In this document: piece after piece, positions 1 through 8,974 of the stretch | Layout: every line of letters begins with the position of its first letter | Numbering within the stretch: the first letter of the stretch is position 1 | Made by a program: the position numbers and the translations under genes | The notes under the pieces: generated by a model | Told to the model about the DNA's origin: nothing | Database searches by the model: none | Seen by the model: only the letters and a program-made list of their open reading frames with translations | IMG/VR virus record: IMGVR_UViG_3300046507_000547 | DNA from: an uncultured virus (IMG/VR IMGVR_UViG_3300046507_000547) | Lineage: Duplodnaviria; Heunggongvirae; Uroviricota; Caudoviricetes | Length of the DNA: 20,000 nucleotides | Reading direction: 5' to 3' (one strand)

Positions 1-36
1 CCAACCCACCTTCTCGACGGTACCGAGAGGCGAGCC

Positions 37-657
37 ATGCCCCAGATTATCTGCTCCGTTGACGAGTGCGAGCGTCCAGTCCTGGTTAAGTCGCGTGGAT
101 GGTGCAGGATGCACTACCTGCGATGGCGAAAGACTGGCGACCTCGGGCCCGCTCAAAGCTTGAAGCTCAAGAACGGGAGCGAATGCGCGGTCGATGGCTG
201 CGTCGGCCAGCCACGGAAACGCGGCATGTGCGAGATGCACTATCGCCGACGGCGCATCCATGGCGACCCGGGCCAGGCCGCGAAGCTGTGCCAGCGGAAT
301 CCCACTGAGTGCACCATGGACGACTGCACCCGAACACCAAAGGCCCGCGGCCTATGTGAAATGCACTATGTGCGCCAGTGGAAGCATGGCGATCCGAATC
401 GCGTCGACCAGACGAGCGGTAACTTCCGCGGCGACAACATCGGCTACTCCGGAATTCACATGCGTGTTCGGTCACTGCGGGGTCCGGCAACACAGCACCA
501 CTGCCGTCACTGTGGCGATGGCGCCGAGCAGTGGGCATACGACCACGGCGACTCCAACGAGCGTCGCGATGACGAGGGTCGGCTGTACAGCACAGAGGCA
601 AGCCACTACATGCCGCTCTGCGTCCCTTGTCATCGGGAGCTTGACGGCCTGCCGTAG
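37..657 (+). CDS. Putative HNH-like (homing) endonuclease with three N-terminal CCCH Zn-binding repeats
   Basis: Three C-x4-C...RG[WML]C-x-MHY-x-R...GD[LP] repeats; C-terminal CRHC...DH...CVPCH HNH-like Zn module; GAGAGG RBS at 25-30. Confidence 0.65.
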   Translation: MPQIICSVDECERPVLVKSRGWCRMHYLRWRKTGDLGPAQSLKLKNGSECAVDGCVGQPRKRGMCEMHYRRRRIHGDPGQAAKLCQRNPTECTMDDCTRTPKARGLCEMHYVRQWKHGDPNRVDQTSGNFRGDNIGYSGIHMRVRSLRGPATQHHCRHCGDGAEQWAYDHGDSNERRDDEGRLYSTEASHYMPLCVPCHRELDGLP

Positions 658-672
658 GGAGGTGGATGCGTA

Positions 673-1152
673 ATGGCAGGGGAGTGGGGGCTGCGTCACG
701 GCAATGACCTGCGGCGCATCTCCCGCGAATTGCGCGGCATGGACAACAAAGAGATCAAGAAGCGGTTCGCCAAGGAACTACGGGCCGCCGCCAAGCCGCT
801 CGTGCCCGTGGTCCGCAACTCGATCCGCTCCATCCCGTCGAAGCGCGCCTACAGCGCGTCCGGCCTGCGCGGGAATCTGTCGCGCGCCACGAAGCTCGAG
901 GTCCGCACCGTCGGCCGGCAGGCGGGCATCGCGATCCGCGTCGACGGCCGCAAAATGCCCACCCACATGAAGGGCCTACCGAAGGCTGTCGAGGGTACGA
1001 AGCGCTGGCGTCACCCCGTCTTCGGCCACCGTGACCGGTGGGTCAACCAGCCGAAACAGCCCTACTTCTTCCACGTCGTGCGACCTCTCGGCCCCGCCTC
1101 ACGCAAAGCGGTCAACCGCGTCCTCGACGGCATCTCACGAGACATCCGCTAG
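673..1152 (+). CDS. HK97 gp10-like neck/tail-completion protein
   Basis: Basic 159-aa protein; GGAGG RBS; 'EGTKRWRHPVFG...QPYF' C-terminus resembles gp10-like proteins; lies in the tail module. Confidence 0.55.
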   Translation: MAGEWGLRHGNDLRRISRELRGMDNKEIKKRFAKELRAAAKPLVPVVRNSIRSIPSKRAYSASGLRGNLSRATKLEVRTVGRQAGIAIRVDGRKMPTHMKGLPKAVEGTKRWRHPVFGHRDRWVNQPKQPYFFHVVRPLGPASRKAVNRVLDGISRDIR

Positions 1153-1159
1153 GAGAACC

Positions 1160-1597
1160 ATGGCCCTGTCCCGAGACGGCATCCTCGGAGCCGTAGACGT
1201 CCAGACCGAGAAAGTCTTCGTCAAGGAGTGGGGGGACGACGTCATCGTCCGTGGCCTCACCGGCGACGAGCTCGACGCCTTCCAGGGTTCGGTCCGGCAG
1301 TTCCGGCCCACCTTCGACGGCAAGGGCATGGAAGCTGTCCTCGTCCAGGAAGGCATGCGGGCCAAGCTCCTCGTGAAGTGCCTCATTGACGAGTCCGGGG
1401 AGCGGCTGTTCACCGACCAGGACGCGTCCGCGCTCGGCGCGAAGAACGGTGCCGTCATCGACAAGCTGTACGACGTCGCTTCCCGCCTGTCCGGCCTGTC
1501 CGAGGAGGAGAAGGCTGAGCTGGAGGGAAACTCCGATCCGGCGGAGAGCGCCGGTTCTACTTCTTCCTCGCCCGACGCGTCTTCCACTGCTCTGTAG
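1160..1597 (+). CDS. Tail assembly chaperone (gpG-like), 145 aa
   Basis: AGGAGA RBS then ATG at 1160 (MALSRDGIL...); just upstream of the TMP; contains slippery GGGAAAC. Confidence 0.85.
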   Translation: MALSRDGILGAVDVQTEKVFVKEWGDDVIVRGLTGDELDAFQGSVRQFRPTFDGKGMEAVLVQEGMRAKLLVKCLIDESGERLFTDQDASALGAKNGAVIDKLYDVASRLSGLSEEEKAELEGNSDPAESAGSTSSSPDASSTAL

Positions 1598-1725
1598 CGG
1601 AGATGCTCCGACGGGTTTCCGCCCGGGAGCTCACCGAGTGGGAGATCTATTTCCGCCTCGAAGACGAGGACCGCGAGGCCGCCGAGAACGAGGCTGCTGA
1701 GCCCCGCCACCGCAACTGGCCCTGA
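1160..1725 (+). CDS. Tail assembly chaperone -1 frameshift product (gpGT-like, ~188 aa)
   Basis: G GGA AAC at 1525-1531 in correct phase; -1 frame reads LRSGGERRFYFFLARRVFHCSVAEMLRRVSARELTEWEIYFRLE... to TGA 1723-1725. Confidence 0.85.
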
Positions 1726-1750
1726 CCACCCGTGAGTGAGGGGAGGCGTC

Positions 1751-4700
1751 ATGACCAGTTCCAGCATCGTCTACCGGCTCATCGCCCACGACAGCGCATC
1801 CCGCACCTTCAATACCGTGGGCCGGTCGGCGAGCAGCACGGAGCGCACGCTCGCGAAGCTCGGCCAGACCGCCGTCAAGGCGGGCGCGGCCATGGCTGCC
1901 GGGCTCGCGGTGGGACTGGGTGAGTCGGCGAAGAAGGCAGCCGAGTTCCAGTCCGAGATGACTCGGATCTCGACGCAGGCCGGCGGCACCGCGAAGGACG
2001 TCAAAGTCCTGTCGGATCAGGTGCTGAAGCTGGGCACGTCTACCCAGCAGGGTCCGCAGCACCTCGCCGAATCGCTGTACCACCTGAAGAGCGTCGGCAT
2101 GGACAACGTGTCGGCGATGAAGGCGCTGAAGGAGTCCGCGGACCTGGCCGCGGTCGGCCACGCCAACCTTGAGGAGACCACCAACGCCCTGGCGGGCGCC
2201 TGGCGTACCGGCATCAAGGGCGCCACCTCGTTCCACGAGGCTGTCTCCACGGTCAACGCGATCATCGGCGCGGGCAACATGAGCATGGACGCTTTCAACG
2301 CGGCCATCGGTACCGGCATCCTGCCCTCGGCGAAGACGTTCGGCCTGTCGATGAAGCAAGTCGGTGCCGCCTTGGCCCTGATGACGGACGAGGGTATCGA
2401 CTCTGCGTCGGCCGCTACCCGGCTGCGCATGAGCTTCTCGCTGCTCGGCGCCCCGTCTAAGGCGGCAGAAAAGCAGCTCGGGAAAATCGGGCTCACCGGC
2501 CTGAACTTGGCCGACGCGATGCGCGGCCCCAAGGGTTTGATCGGCGCCATCGGACTGTTGAAGGAGCACCTCGACAAGTCGGGGCTGTCCGCATCGAAGC
2601 AGTCCCAGCTGCTGTCCCGCGCGTTCGGCGGGGGCCGTTCCTCGAGCGGCATCCTGCTCATGCTCAACAACCTCGACGTGCTCGAGAAGAAGCAGGAGCA
2701 GATCAACCGATCGACGGGCAAGTTCGACGACGCGGTCAAGATGCAGCGCAAGACCGCCGAGGCCCAATGGCACCTGCTCACCTCGAACCTCGAAGTAATG
2801 GGCATCCGGGTCGGCACGAAGGTGCTGCCCCCGGTCACCAGCTTCATCCACTTCCTGGCCACCGATGCGATGCCGACCGCCGCGCGCTTCGGCCGCGCCA
2901 TGGCCGCGATCGTTCCCGTGGATCAGATCAAGCAAGGATTCTCCCAAGCGCAGGGCATGGTCGGAGACTTCCTCAAGGGCTTCTCCGGGACCAAGAAGGC
3001 CACCTCGGATCTTCTGGGCGGCCTGTTCGATACATCGCCACACCTGGGCAGCAGCAAGGCGTCCGTGGCCTCCAAGGGGCCCGCGTTGGCGCCGATGCCG
3101 CACTTCGGCGTGGGTCAGGTGGCGCCCACCACCGGTGTGCAGGGGCCTGCCCTGGCGCCTATGCCGCACGGTGGGTCGGGGCTGGTGGCCTCGCTCGTGT
3201 CGCCGAAGGCGAAGCCGCCCAAGAGTGCTGCTCAGAAGATCGGCGAGACGATTCGCCGGGCCATCTCTGGCGGCTTCAAGGACATCAACTGGGGCAACCT
3301 GGGCTCGATCCTCGGCAAGGGCCTCGGGGATGCGATCGGCTGGGTCGGGAAGCACACCGCCGACTTCACCAAGAAGATCGCGAAGGTCTTCGCTGGCCTG
3401 GACTTCGTCGAGATCGGCAAGGGCTTCGGGGCGTCCGCGATTCCGCTCGCGATCGGCTTCATCAAGTCGGTGTTCGACCCCCTGTTCAGCCTCGACTTCT
3501 GGAAGAAGCACTGGCTCGACACGATCCTTGCGGTCATCTCGATCATCCCGATCGGTCGCGTCGCCGGAGTACTCGGCAAGGTCTTCGAGCACATCCCGTT
3601 CCTGAAGGTCTTCGAGCCGCTACTCAAGGGCGTCGGGAAGCTCGGCGGCTGGATCGAGAAGGCCTTCGGCAAGGCCGTGAAGTTCTTCGGTACGAACCTG
3701 TGGAGGGGGCTCGCCAAGGTCTTCCCTGAGGCCGCAAGCGTCGTTGAACGCGAAAGCGGGCTGCTCACCACGCGCATCGGCGTGTGGGGCATCAAGCTGA
3801 TGGACAAGGGCAAGGCCGCCATCCACTTCCTGGGCAACGGCATCCGTGATGGAGCCGGCTGGGTCATTGCGAAAGTCGGCGAGATCGTCGGCCTCGTCGT
3901 GAAGCCTTTCGTCAAGGCTGGCGGCTGGCTGATCCGCAAGGGTGCCGACGTCGCGCGGGGCTTCGGCGGCGGTATCGCCCGGGGCGGCCGGAGCATTGGC
4001 GGCTTCGCCAAGAAGTGGGTCATCGACCCGGTTGTTGGCGCCTTCTCGCGTGCCGGGTCGTGGCTGCTGTCCAAGGGGCGTGCGCTCGTCTCCGGTTTCA
4101 GGGGCGGCGTGAGTGCTGGCGCGAAGGCGATCGGGGGCTGGGTGTTCGACCGCATCTTGGTGCCCGTCGCCAACTGGATGGCCAGATCCGGAAGGTGGCT
4201 GATCGGCAAGGGCAGTGCGCTGGTGTCCGGCTTCAAGTCGGGCGTCAGCGCCGGGGCCAAGGTGATCGGGAGCTGGACGATTTCGCACATCGTCAGCCCG
4301 GTTCTGAGCCGCTTCACCAAGGCGGGCGGCTGGCTCGTGAGCAAGGGCGGCTCGCTGATCTCCGGCTTCAAGAGCGGGATCGTCGGAACGATGAAGGGCA
4401 TCGGCTCTTGGATCAAGAAGACCATGGTCGATCCCGTCGTCAACGCGGTGAAGCACTTCTTCGGCATCCGCTCGCCCAGCCGCGTTTTCATGGGCATCGG
4501 CGGCCACATCGTCTCCGGCCTCATGAAGGGCATGGCGAAGACCAGCGGCACGGCCATCGCGAAGAAGGTCTTCGGCAGCTTGCCCAAGGCCCTCGGATCG
4601 ATCGTCAAGAAGGGCTTGGTCAGCATCACCAAACTGCCCGGGAAGGCCCTCAAGGCGCTCGGTGGGCTGGGCGGCGACGTTCTCGGTCTCCTTGGTCTGG

Positions 4701-6415
4701 GCGGGAGCGGCGGCGGCTCGTCGGCCAACCAGAAGATCGGCGAGGCTCTGGCCGCAGCCCGGGGCTGGTCCGGCCCGCAGTGGGCTGCCCTGAAGAACCT
4801 GTGGAATGGGGAGTCCGGCTGGAACGAGCGGGCCCTGAACAAGTCGTCGGGCGCGTATGGCATCCCGCAGTCGCTGCCCGCGAGCAAGATGGGCTCGGCC
4901 GGCTCGGACTGGAAGACGAACGCGTCCACGCAGATCAAGTGGGGTCTGTCGTACATCAAGTCCGTGTACGGCAATCCGCTGAACGCCTACTCGCAGTGGC
5001 TCGCCCGCTCTCCGCACTGGTACGCCCAAGGCACGGGCGGCGCGGCCAGGGGCCTGGCCTGGGTCGGCGAAAAGGGTCCTGAGCTGGTCAATTTCAAGGG
5101 CGGCGAGGACGTGATGTCCAACCCGCAGTCGATGGCGTTCGCCAAGGCCAACAACATCAAGCTGCCCGGTTACGCCTCGGGCACCATCACCAACGCGGCG
5201 GACCGGGTGCGGCGCGACCACCAGCGCGTCCAAGACGCGAAGGACGATGTGGCGCGCGCCAAGCGGCGACACAAGGGCGTCCAGGCGGCGGAGACCCGGC
5301 TCCGGGCGGCGCAGAAGGAGCTGCAGGCGGCGAACATCGCGCTGAAGAACGCGCAGCGGTCGGCGAAGACGTCGATCGCCAACACGATCGCCACCGGCCT
5401 GCTCAAGACCCTGAGCACGGGCACCTCGTCGGCTATCGCATCGGCGATCAAGAGCCTGGCGACGAAGCTGCTGAACGCGGGCTACAACCGCACCGCCGCC
5501 AGCATGCAGAAGAAGGGCGGTCGGCTGGAGAAGCTCGCCGACAAGCGGGCCAGTGTGCAGAAGACCATTGCCGCGGCCAACCAGTACGCGAGCGACCAGG
5601 CCTCCACCATCAAGGACTTCCTGAGCATCAGCGGGACGTCGGCCACCGACATCGGCGGCCTCATCTCGCAGATGAGCGGCCAGCAGAAGACGGCGAGCAG
5701 CTTCGTGGGTCTGACCCGGTCGCTGAAGGCTCGTGGCGCTTCGAAGGACTTGCTCCAGCAGCTGTCCGACGCAGGTCCGGGCAGCCAGCTCGCGACCATC
5801 CTCGGTCAGAGGAACGTCACCACCCAGGACATCAGCAAGCTCAACGGCCTGGTGGCCAGCGGCGGGAAGCTGGCGACGTCCTTCGGCAAGGACATGGCCG
5901 ACCTGATGTACGACACCGGGAAGCATGCCGGAGAAGGCTTCCTTGCCGGACTGAAGGCCACGGAGAAGGATCTCCAGAAGCAGATCGACAAGCTCGCCAA
6001 GGGCCTGATTGCGGCGATCAAGAAGGCGCTGAAGATCAAGAGCCCGTCGGTCGTCATGCGCGACGAGATCGGCAAGAACGTCGTCCTCGGCTGGGTCGCC
6101 GGAATGGACATGCACAGCCACCTCGTCGGCGGCGCAGCCCAGCGTCTCGCCGACACCGCGTCCGGCGTGTCCGTGCGCCGCCGCTACGTCCCGACCGTTG
6201 CCAGTCAGGGTGGCGCCCGCGAAGACGCGCTGTGGGAGCGGCTTGCAAGCGCACTCGAGCAGCAGGCCAGCCGGGACAGTCACCTCACCGGCGAACTGCG
6301 CCTCGACTCCGGCGAACTGCTCGGAGTCATCCAGGGCGCCGTGAAGCCGCAAATCAAGGCCTCCGCGAACATGCAGGCCTACCGGGCCAAGGTCGGGCGG
6401 AGGAGCGGCGGATGA
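1751..6415 (+). CDS. Tape measure protein (1554 aa) with lytic transglycosylase-like domain
   Basis: GGGAGG RBS, ATG 1751; long Ala/Gly/Lys-rich helical ORF with TP901-like core and Trp/Phe-periodic repeats; ESGWN...SSGAYGIPQ motif at ~4811-4870. Confidence 0.95.
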   Translation: MTSSSIVYRLIAHDSASRTFNTVGRSASSTERTLAKLGQTAVKAGAAMAAGLAVGLGESAKKAAEFQSEMTRISTQAGGTAKDVKVLSDQVLKLGTSTQQGPQHLAESLYHLKSVGMDNVSAMKALKESADLAAVGHANLEETTNALAGAWRTGIKGATSFHEAVSTVNAIIGAGNMSMDAFNAAIGTGILPSAKTFGLSMKQVGAALALMTDEGIDSASAATRLRMSFSLLGAPSKAAEKQLGKIGLTGLNLADAMRGPKGLIGAIGLLKEHLDKSGLSASKQSQLLSRAFGGGRSSSGILLMLNNLDVLEKKQEQINRSTGKFDDAVKMQRKTAEAQWHLLTSNLEVMGIRVGTKVLPPVTSFIHFLATDAMPTAARFGRAMAAIVPVDQIKQGFSQAQGMVGDFLKGFSGTKKATSDLLGGLFDTSPHLGSSKASVASKGPALAPMPHFGVGQVAPTTGVQGPALAPMPHGGSGLVASLVSPKAKPPKSAAQKIGETIRRAISGGFKDINWGNLGSILGKGLGDAIGWVGKHTADFTKKIAKVFAGLDFVEIGKGFGASAIPLAIGFIKSVFDPLFSLDFWKKHWLDTILAVISIIPIGRVAGVLGKVFEHIPFLKVFEPLLKGVGKLGGWIEKAFGKAVKFFGTNLWRGLAKVFPEAASVVERESGLLTTRIGVWGIKLMDKGKAAIHFLGNGIRDGAGWVIAKVGEIVGLVVKPFVKAGGWLIRKGADVARGFGGGIARGGRSIGGFAKKWVIDPVVGAFSRAGSWLLSKGRALVSGFRGGVSAGAKAIGGWVFDRILVPVANWMARSGRWLIGKGSALVSGFKSGVSAGAKVIGSWTISHIVSPVLSRFTKAGGWLVSKGGSLISGFKSGIVGTMKGIGSWIKKTMVDPVVNAVKHFFGIRSPSRVFMGIGGHIVSGLMKGMAKTSGTAIAKKVFGSLPKALGSIVKKGLVSITKLPGKALKALGGLGGDVLGLLGLGGSGGGSSANQKIGEALAAARGWSGPQWAALKNLWNGESGWNERALNKSSGAYGIPQSLPASKMGSAGSDWKTNASTQIKWGLSYIKSVYGNPLNAYSQWLARSPHWYAQGTGGAARGLAWVGEKGPELVNFKGGEDVMSNPQSMAFAKANNIKLPGYASGTITNAADRVRRDHQRVQDAKDDVARAKRRHKGVQAAETRLRAAQKELQAANIALKNAQRSAKTSIANTIATGLLKTLSTGTSSAIASAIKSLATKLLNAGYNRTAASMQKKGGRLEKLADKRASVQKTIAAANQYASDQASTIKDFLSISGTSATDIGGLISQMSGQQKTASSFVGLTRSLKARGASKDLLQQLSDAGPGSQLATILGQRNVTTQDISKLNGLVASGGKLATSFGKDMADLMYDTGKHAGEGFLAGLKATEKDLQKQIDKLAKGLIAAIKKALKIKSPSVVMRDEIGKNVVLGWVAGMDMHSHLVGGAAQRLADTASGVSVRRRYVPTVASQGGAREDALWERLASALEQQASRDSHLTGELRLDSGELLGVIQGAVKPQIKASANMQAYRAKVGRRSGG
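3908..4447 (+). repeat. Four tandem 135-nt (45-aa) repeats inside the TMP
   Basis: Units start at 3908, 4043, 4178, 4313 (FVKAGGWLIRKG / FSRAGSWLLSKG / MARSGRWLIGKG / FTKAGGWLVSKG). Confidence 0.9.
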
Positions 6416-7878
6416 CCATCTCGTATGTCGGGGCCGGCGCCTCAGCCAGCGGCACCACCAGCGTCACCTTGGCATACCCAGCCGGCGCCACCGCGGGCCG
6501 GCTGGCCGTGCTGCAGGTGATGTCCGGCGGGAGCGGGGACCCGATGCCCTCGACCCCGTCCGGGTGGACGCTGGCTGGCTCCCTCACTGGAGGCGGCGGC
6601 GCCTTCGGTTCCGGCACCGGTCCTCGGCGCCTGACCTGGTTCATGCGGGAACTCGTCGGCAGCGACTCCACCCCCAGCACGTCCATTCCGTCCAGCACGG
6701 GCTCGGTGATCGGCGGGGAGATCTTTGTGCTCTCCCGCACGGCCGGGACCGGCTGGCGGTGGGCCGCGGCCTTCGGTGAGGACACCGTCGCGGGCACTGG
6801 GTTCAGCGCACCCTGCCAGTCCGGGCTGACCTTCGCCGCCGGGGACTTCATCGCCCTCGGCTACAGCCTCGCCCTGAGCACGTCGTCGATCGGCACCGAG
6901 AGCGCCACCGCGTCTGGTGTCACGTTCGGCACCTTCACCCACCAGATCAACGTCAGCGTTGCGACGGGCAACGGCGGCAGGCTCGGCATGGCATGGGCCA
7001 CCGTCACTACCGGGGCCAGCACGCCCACGCCAACCGTCACCGCCACGCTGAGCGCCGCCACGATCGGTGTGGCCGGAGTGCTGCGGATCCGCGAAGCCAG
7101 CTCGGACGTCAACGCATCCCCACAGTCCGTTTTCCCGCCCCGCAACCTGGTGTCGGCAACTGGACTGACCGGCGACGACATCGTCACCGCGACCCTGTAC
7201 CGGCAGGTCGACACCACGCTCACGCCGGTGCGCGCAGCCAGCAGTATCGATGTGACTGGGCAAGCCTCGCTCCTGCGGGTGGATGCAGAGCAGCCGTTCG
7301 GGATCAGCGTGACCTACGCGGCCGTCCTCACTGACGTCAACGGGGTCCAGTGGACGGTGTTCTCCGGACCGATCACGTCGACCGTGGCCAGCGACGTCGT
7401 GTCCGACGCGATCCGCGGCGTCGGCGCCGCCGTAAAAATCGAGTCTCCGCTGGAGTGGAAACGAGACCGCGACAGCAGCCAGTTCAACATCAACGGCCGG
7501 ATCGTCGTCGTGGGCAAGCCGAGGTCGTCCCGGTCCGGCACGCTCACCGTCCGCACGGAAACCGACGATGACGGCGACGCGATGAACGAGCTCCTCGACA
7601 GTGCGACTGAGGGCACGATCCTCGTGCGCAAGCAGGTGTCGCTGTCCCGTCTCGACGGCACGTACTCCCTGATTGACGACACCGAGAGCCCGAACTGGTA
7701 CGACGAGTTCCGCTGGTTCGCCTTGACCGTCGTCAAGTCGGACGACTGGCCGGACGTGATGGAGGCTGCCGGGTTCACCCTCCAGGACATCGCGAACAAC
7801 TTCTCGATCCTTAGCGACATCAGCGCGTTTTTCACTGGCACTTTGCTGTCCATCGCCCAGTATGACTTTGGACCCTGA
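6412..7878 (+). CDS. Minor tail protein, probable distal tail (Dit-like) protein with extra N-terminal Gly/Ser/Thr-rich beta domain (488 aa)
   Basis: ATGA overlap with the TMP stop, GGAGGAG RBS; first gene after the TMP. Confidence 0.65.
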   Translation: MTISYVGAGASASGTTSVTLAYPAGATAGRLAVLQVMSGGSGDPMPSTPSGWTLAGSLTGGGGAFGSGTGPRRLTWFMRELVGSDSTPSTSIPSSTGSVIGGEIFVLSRTAGTGWRWAAAFGEDTVAGTGFSAPCQSGLTFAAGDFIALGYSLALSTSSIGTESATASGVTFGTFTHQINVSVATGNGGRLGMAWATVTTGASTPTPTVTATLSAATIGVAGVLRIREASSDVNASPQSVFPPRNLVSATGLTGDDIVTATLYRQVDTTLTPVRAASSIDVTGQASLLRVDAEQPFGISVTYAAVLTDVNGVQWTVFSGPITSTVASDVVSDAIRGVGAAVKIESPLEWKRDRDSSQFNINGRIVVVGKPRSSRSGTLTVRTETDDDGDAMNELLDSATEGTILVRKQVSLSRLDGTYSLIDDTESPNWYDEFRWFALTVVKSDDWPDVMEAAGFTLQDIANNFSILSDISAFFTGTLLSIAQYDFGP

Positions 7879-7879
7879 C

Positions 7880-8965
7880 ATGCTCGATATGTCGACCACC
7901 GCGCTCGCCGTCGTCCAAGGCTCGTACACCATGGACATCCGCGCCGAGTCCTGGCTCGGCGGCCTGCTGCTCGCCGACAGCATCCCGATCTCCGACGGCG
8001 GCGAGAACCGCGACCGCTCCCTGGCCGTCCCCGAACAGATCACCCTCACCGTGCCCCGCCGCGACGGCGGCTTCGACTGGGACCCCGGCACCGACCCGGC
8101 GCACCCGCTCGCCGCATACGGGCAGATGCTCCGCATCGACTACGGCGTCGACGTCGGCGGCCACATGGAGTGGATCAATAGGGGTTGGTTCCTCATCACC
8201 GAAAGCTCGACCGACGGCGACACCGTATCCGTCAGCTGCCAGGGCCTGCTGACGCTCATCGCCGAGGCCAACCTCATCTCGCCGTTCCAGCCGTCCAGCA
8301 GCGACACCCTCGTCTCCGTGATCCGCGCGCTCGTCGAGCCCGCCCTCACCGTGTCGTTCGACGGAACACTCGTCGACCGGGCTGTACCGCTCGGCATGCA
8401 GTGGGACAGCGACCGGCTTGGCGCCGTCACCGAAGTCCTCACTGCGTGGGGAGCGGCCGAACGGGTCACCGAAGACGGCTACCTCCTCATCGAACCCGTC
8501 AGCGACGCCGGAGCATCCGTCCTGTCCATCAGCGACGACCCGGAGACCGGCACCGTCGTCCGCTGGCAGGGCAACACCACCAGAGACGGCGCCTTCAACG
8601 TCGTCGTCGCCCAAGGCGAGGACGCGTCCGGCAACCAGATCCAGGGCGTCGCCTACGACTCGGACGGCACCAGTCCCTACCAGTACGGCGGTTCCTTCAA
8701 CCCGCTGCCCGTGCCGTTCCCATACCAGTCGTCACTCCTCACGACCGTCGCCCAGTGCCGGACCACGGCCGCCGCCCAGCTGAAGCTGCTGCGTCGGCAG
8801 GCCTTCCGGAAACTCCAGGTCACGATGGTTCCGCACCCCGGCCTGGTCACCGGCGACATCGTGTCCGTCACCGGTGCCGGCCTCACCAGCGCCCGCTGCG
8901 CGATCGAGTCCCTGTCGCTGCCCTACTCGCCTGGCGAGCAGAGTCTGACCGTCCGAGTGCTGTAG
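7880..8965 (+). CDS. Minor tail protein, Tal/baseplate-hub-like (DUF5047-like)
   Basis: Second gene after the TMP; 'HPLAAYGQMLRI...RGWFLI...FNVVVAQGE...PHPGLVTGDIVSV' hub-like motifs; start 7880 or 7889 uncertain. Confidence 0.7.
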   Translation: MLDMSTTALAVVQGSYTMDIRAESWLGGLLLADSIPISDGGENRDRSLAVPEQITLTVPRRDGGFDWDPGTDPAHPLAAYGQMLRIDYGVDVGGHMEWINRGWFLITESSTDGDTVSVSCQGLLTLIAEANLISPFQPSSSDTLVSVIRALVEPALTVSFDGTLVDRAVPLGMQWDSDRLGAVTEVLTAWGAAERVTEDGYLLIEPVSDAGASVLSISDDPETGTVVRWQGNTTRDGAFNVVVAQGEDASGNQIQGVAYDSDGTSPYQYGGSFNPLPVPFPYQSSLLTTVAQCRTTAAAQLKLLRRQAFRKLQVTMVPHPGLVTGDIVSVTGAGLTSARCAIESLSLPYSPGEQSLTVRVL

Positions 8966-8974
8966 GGGGAGCGG

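Noticed and set aside
1631..8136. Very long minus-strand ORFs (653, 580, 910, 564 aa)
   Set aside because: Antisense shadows of the TMP/tail genes caused by high-GC codon bias; no recognisable motifs
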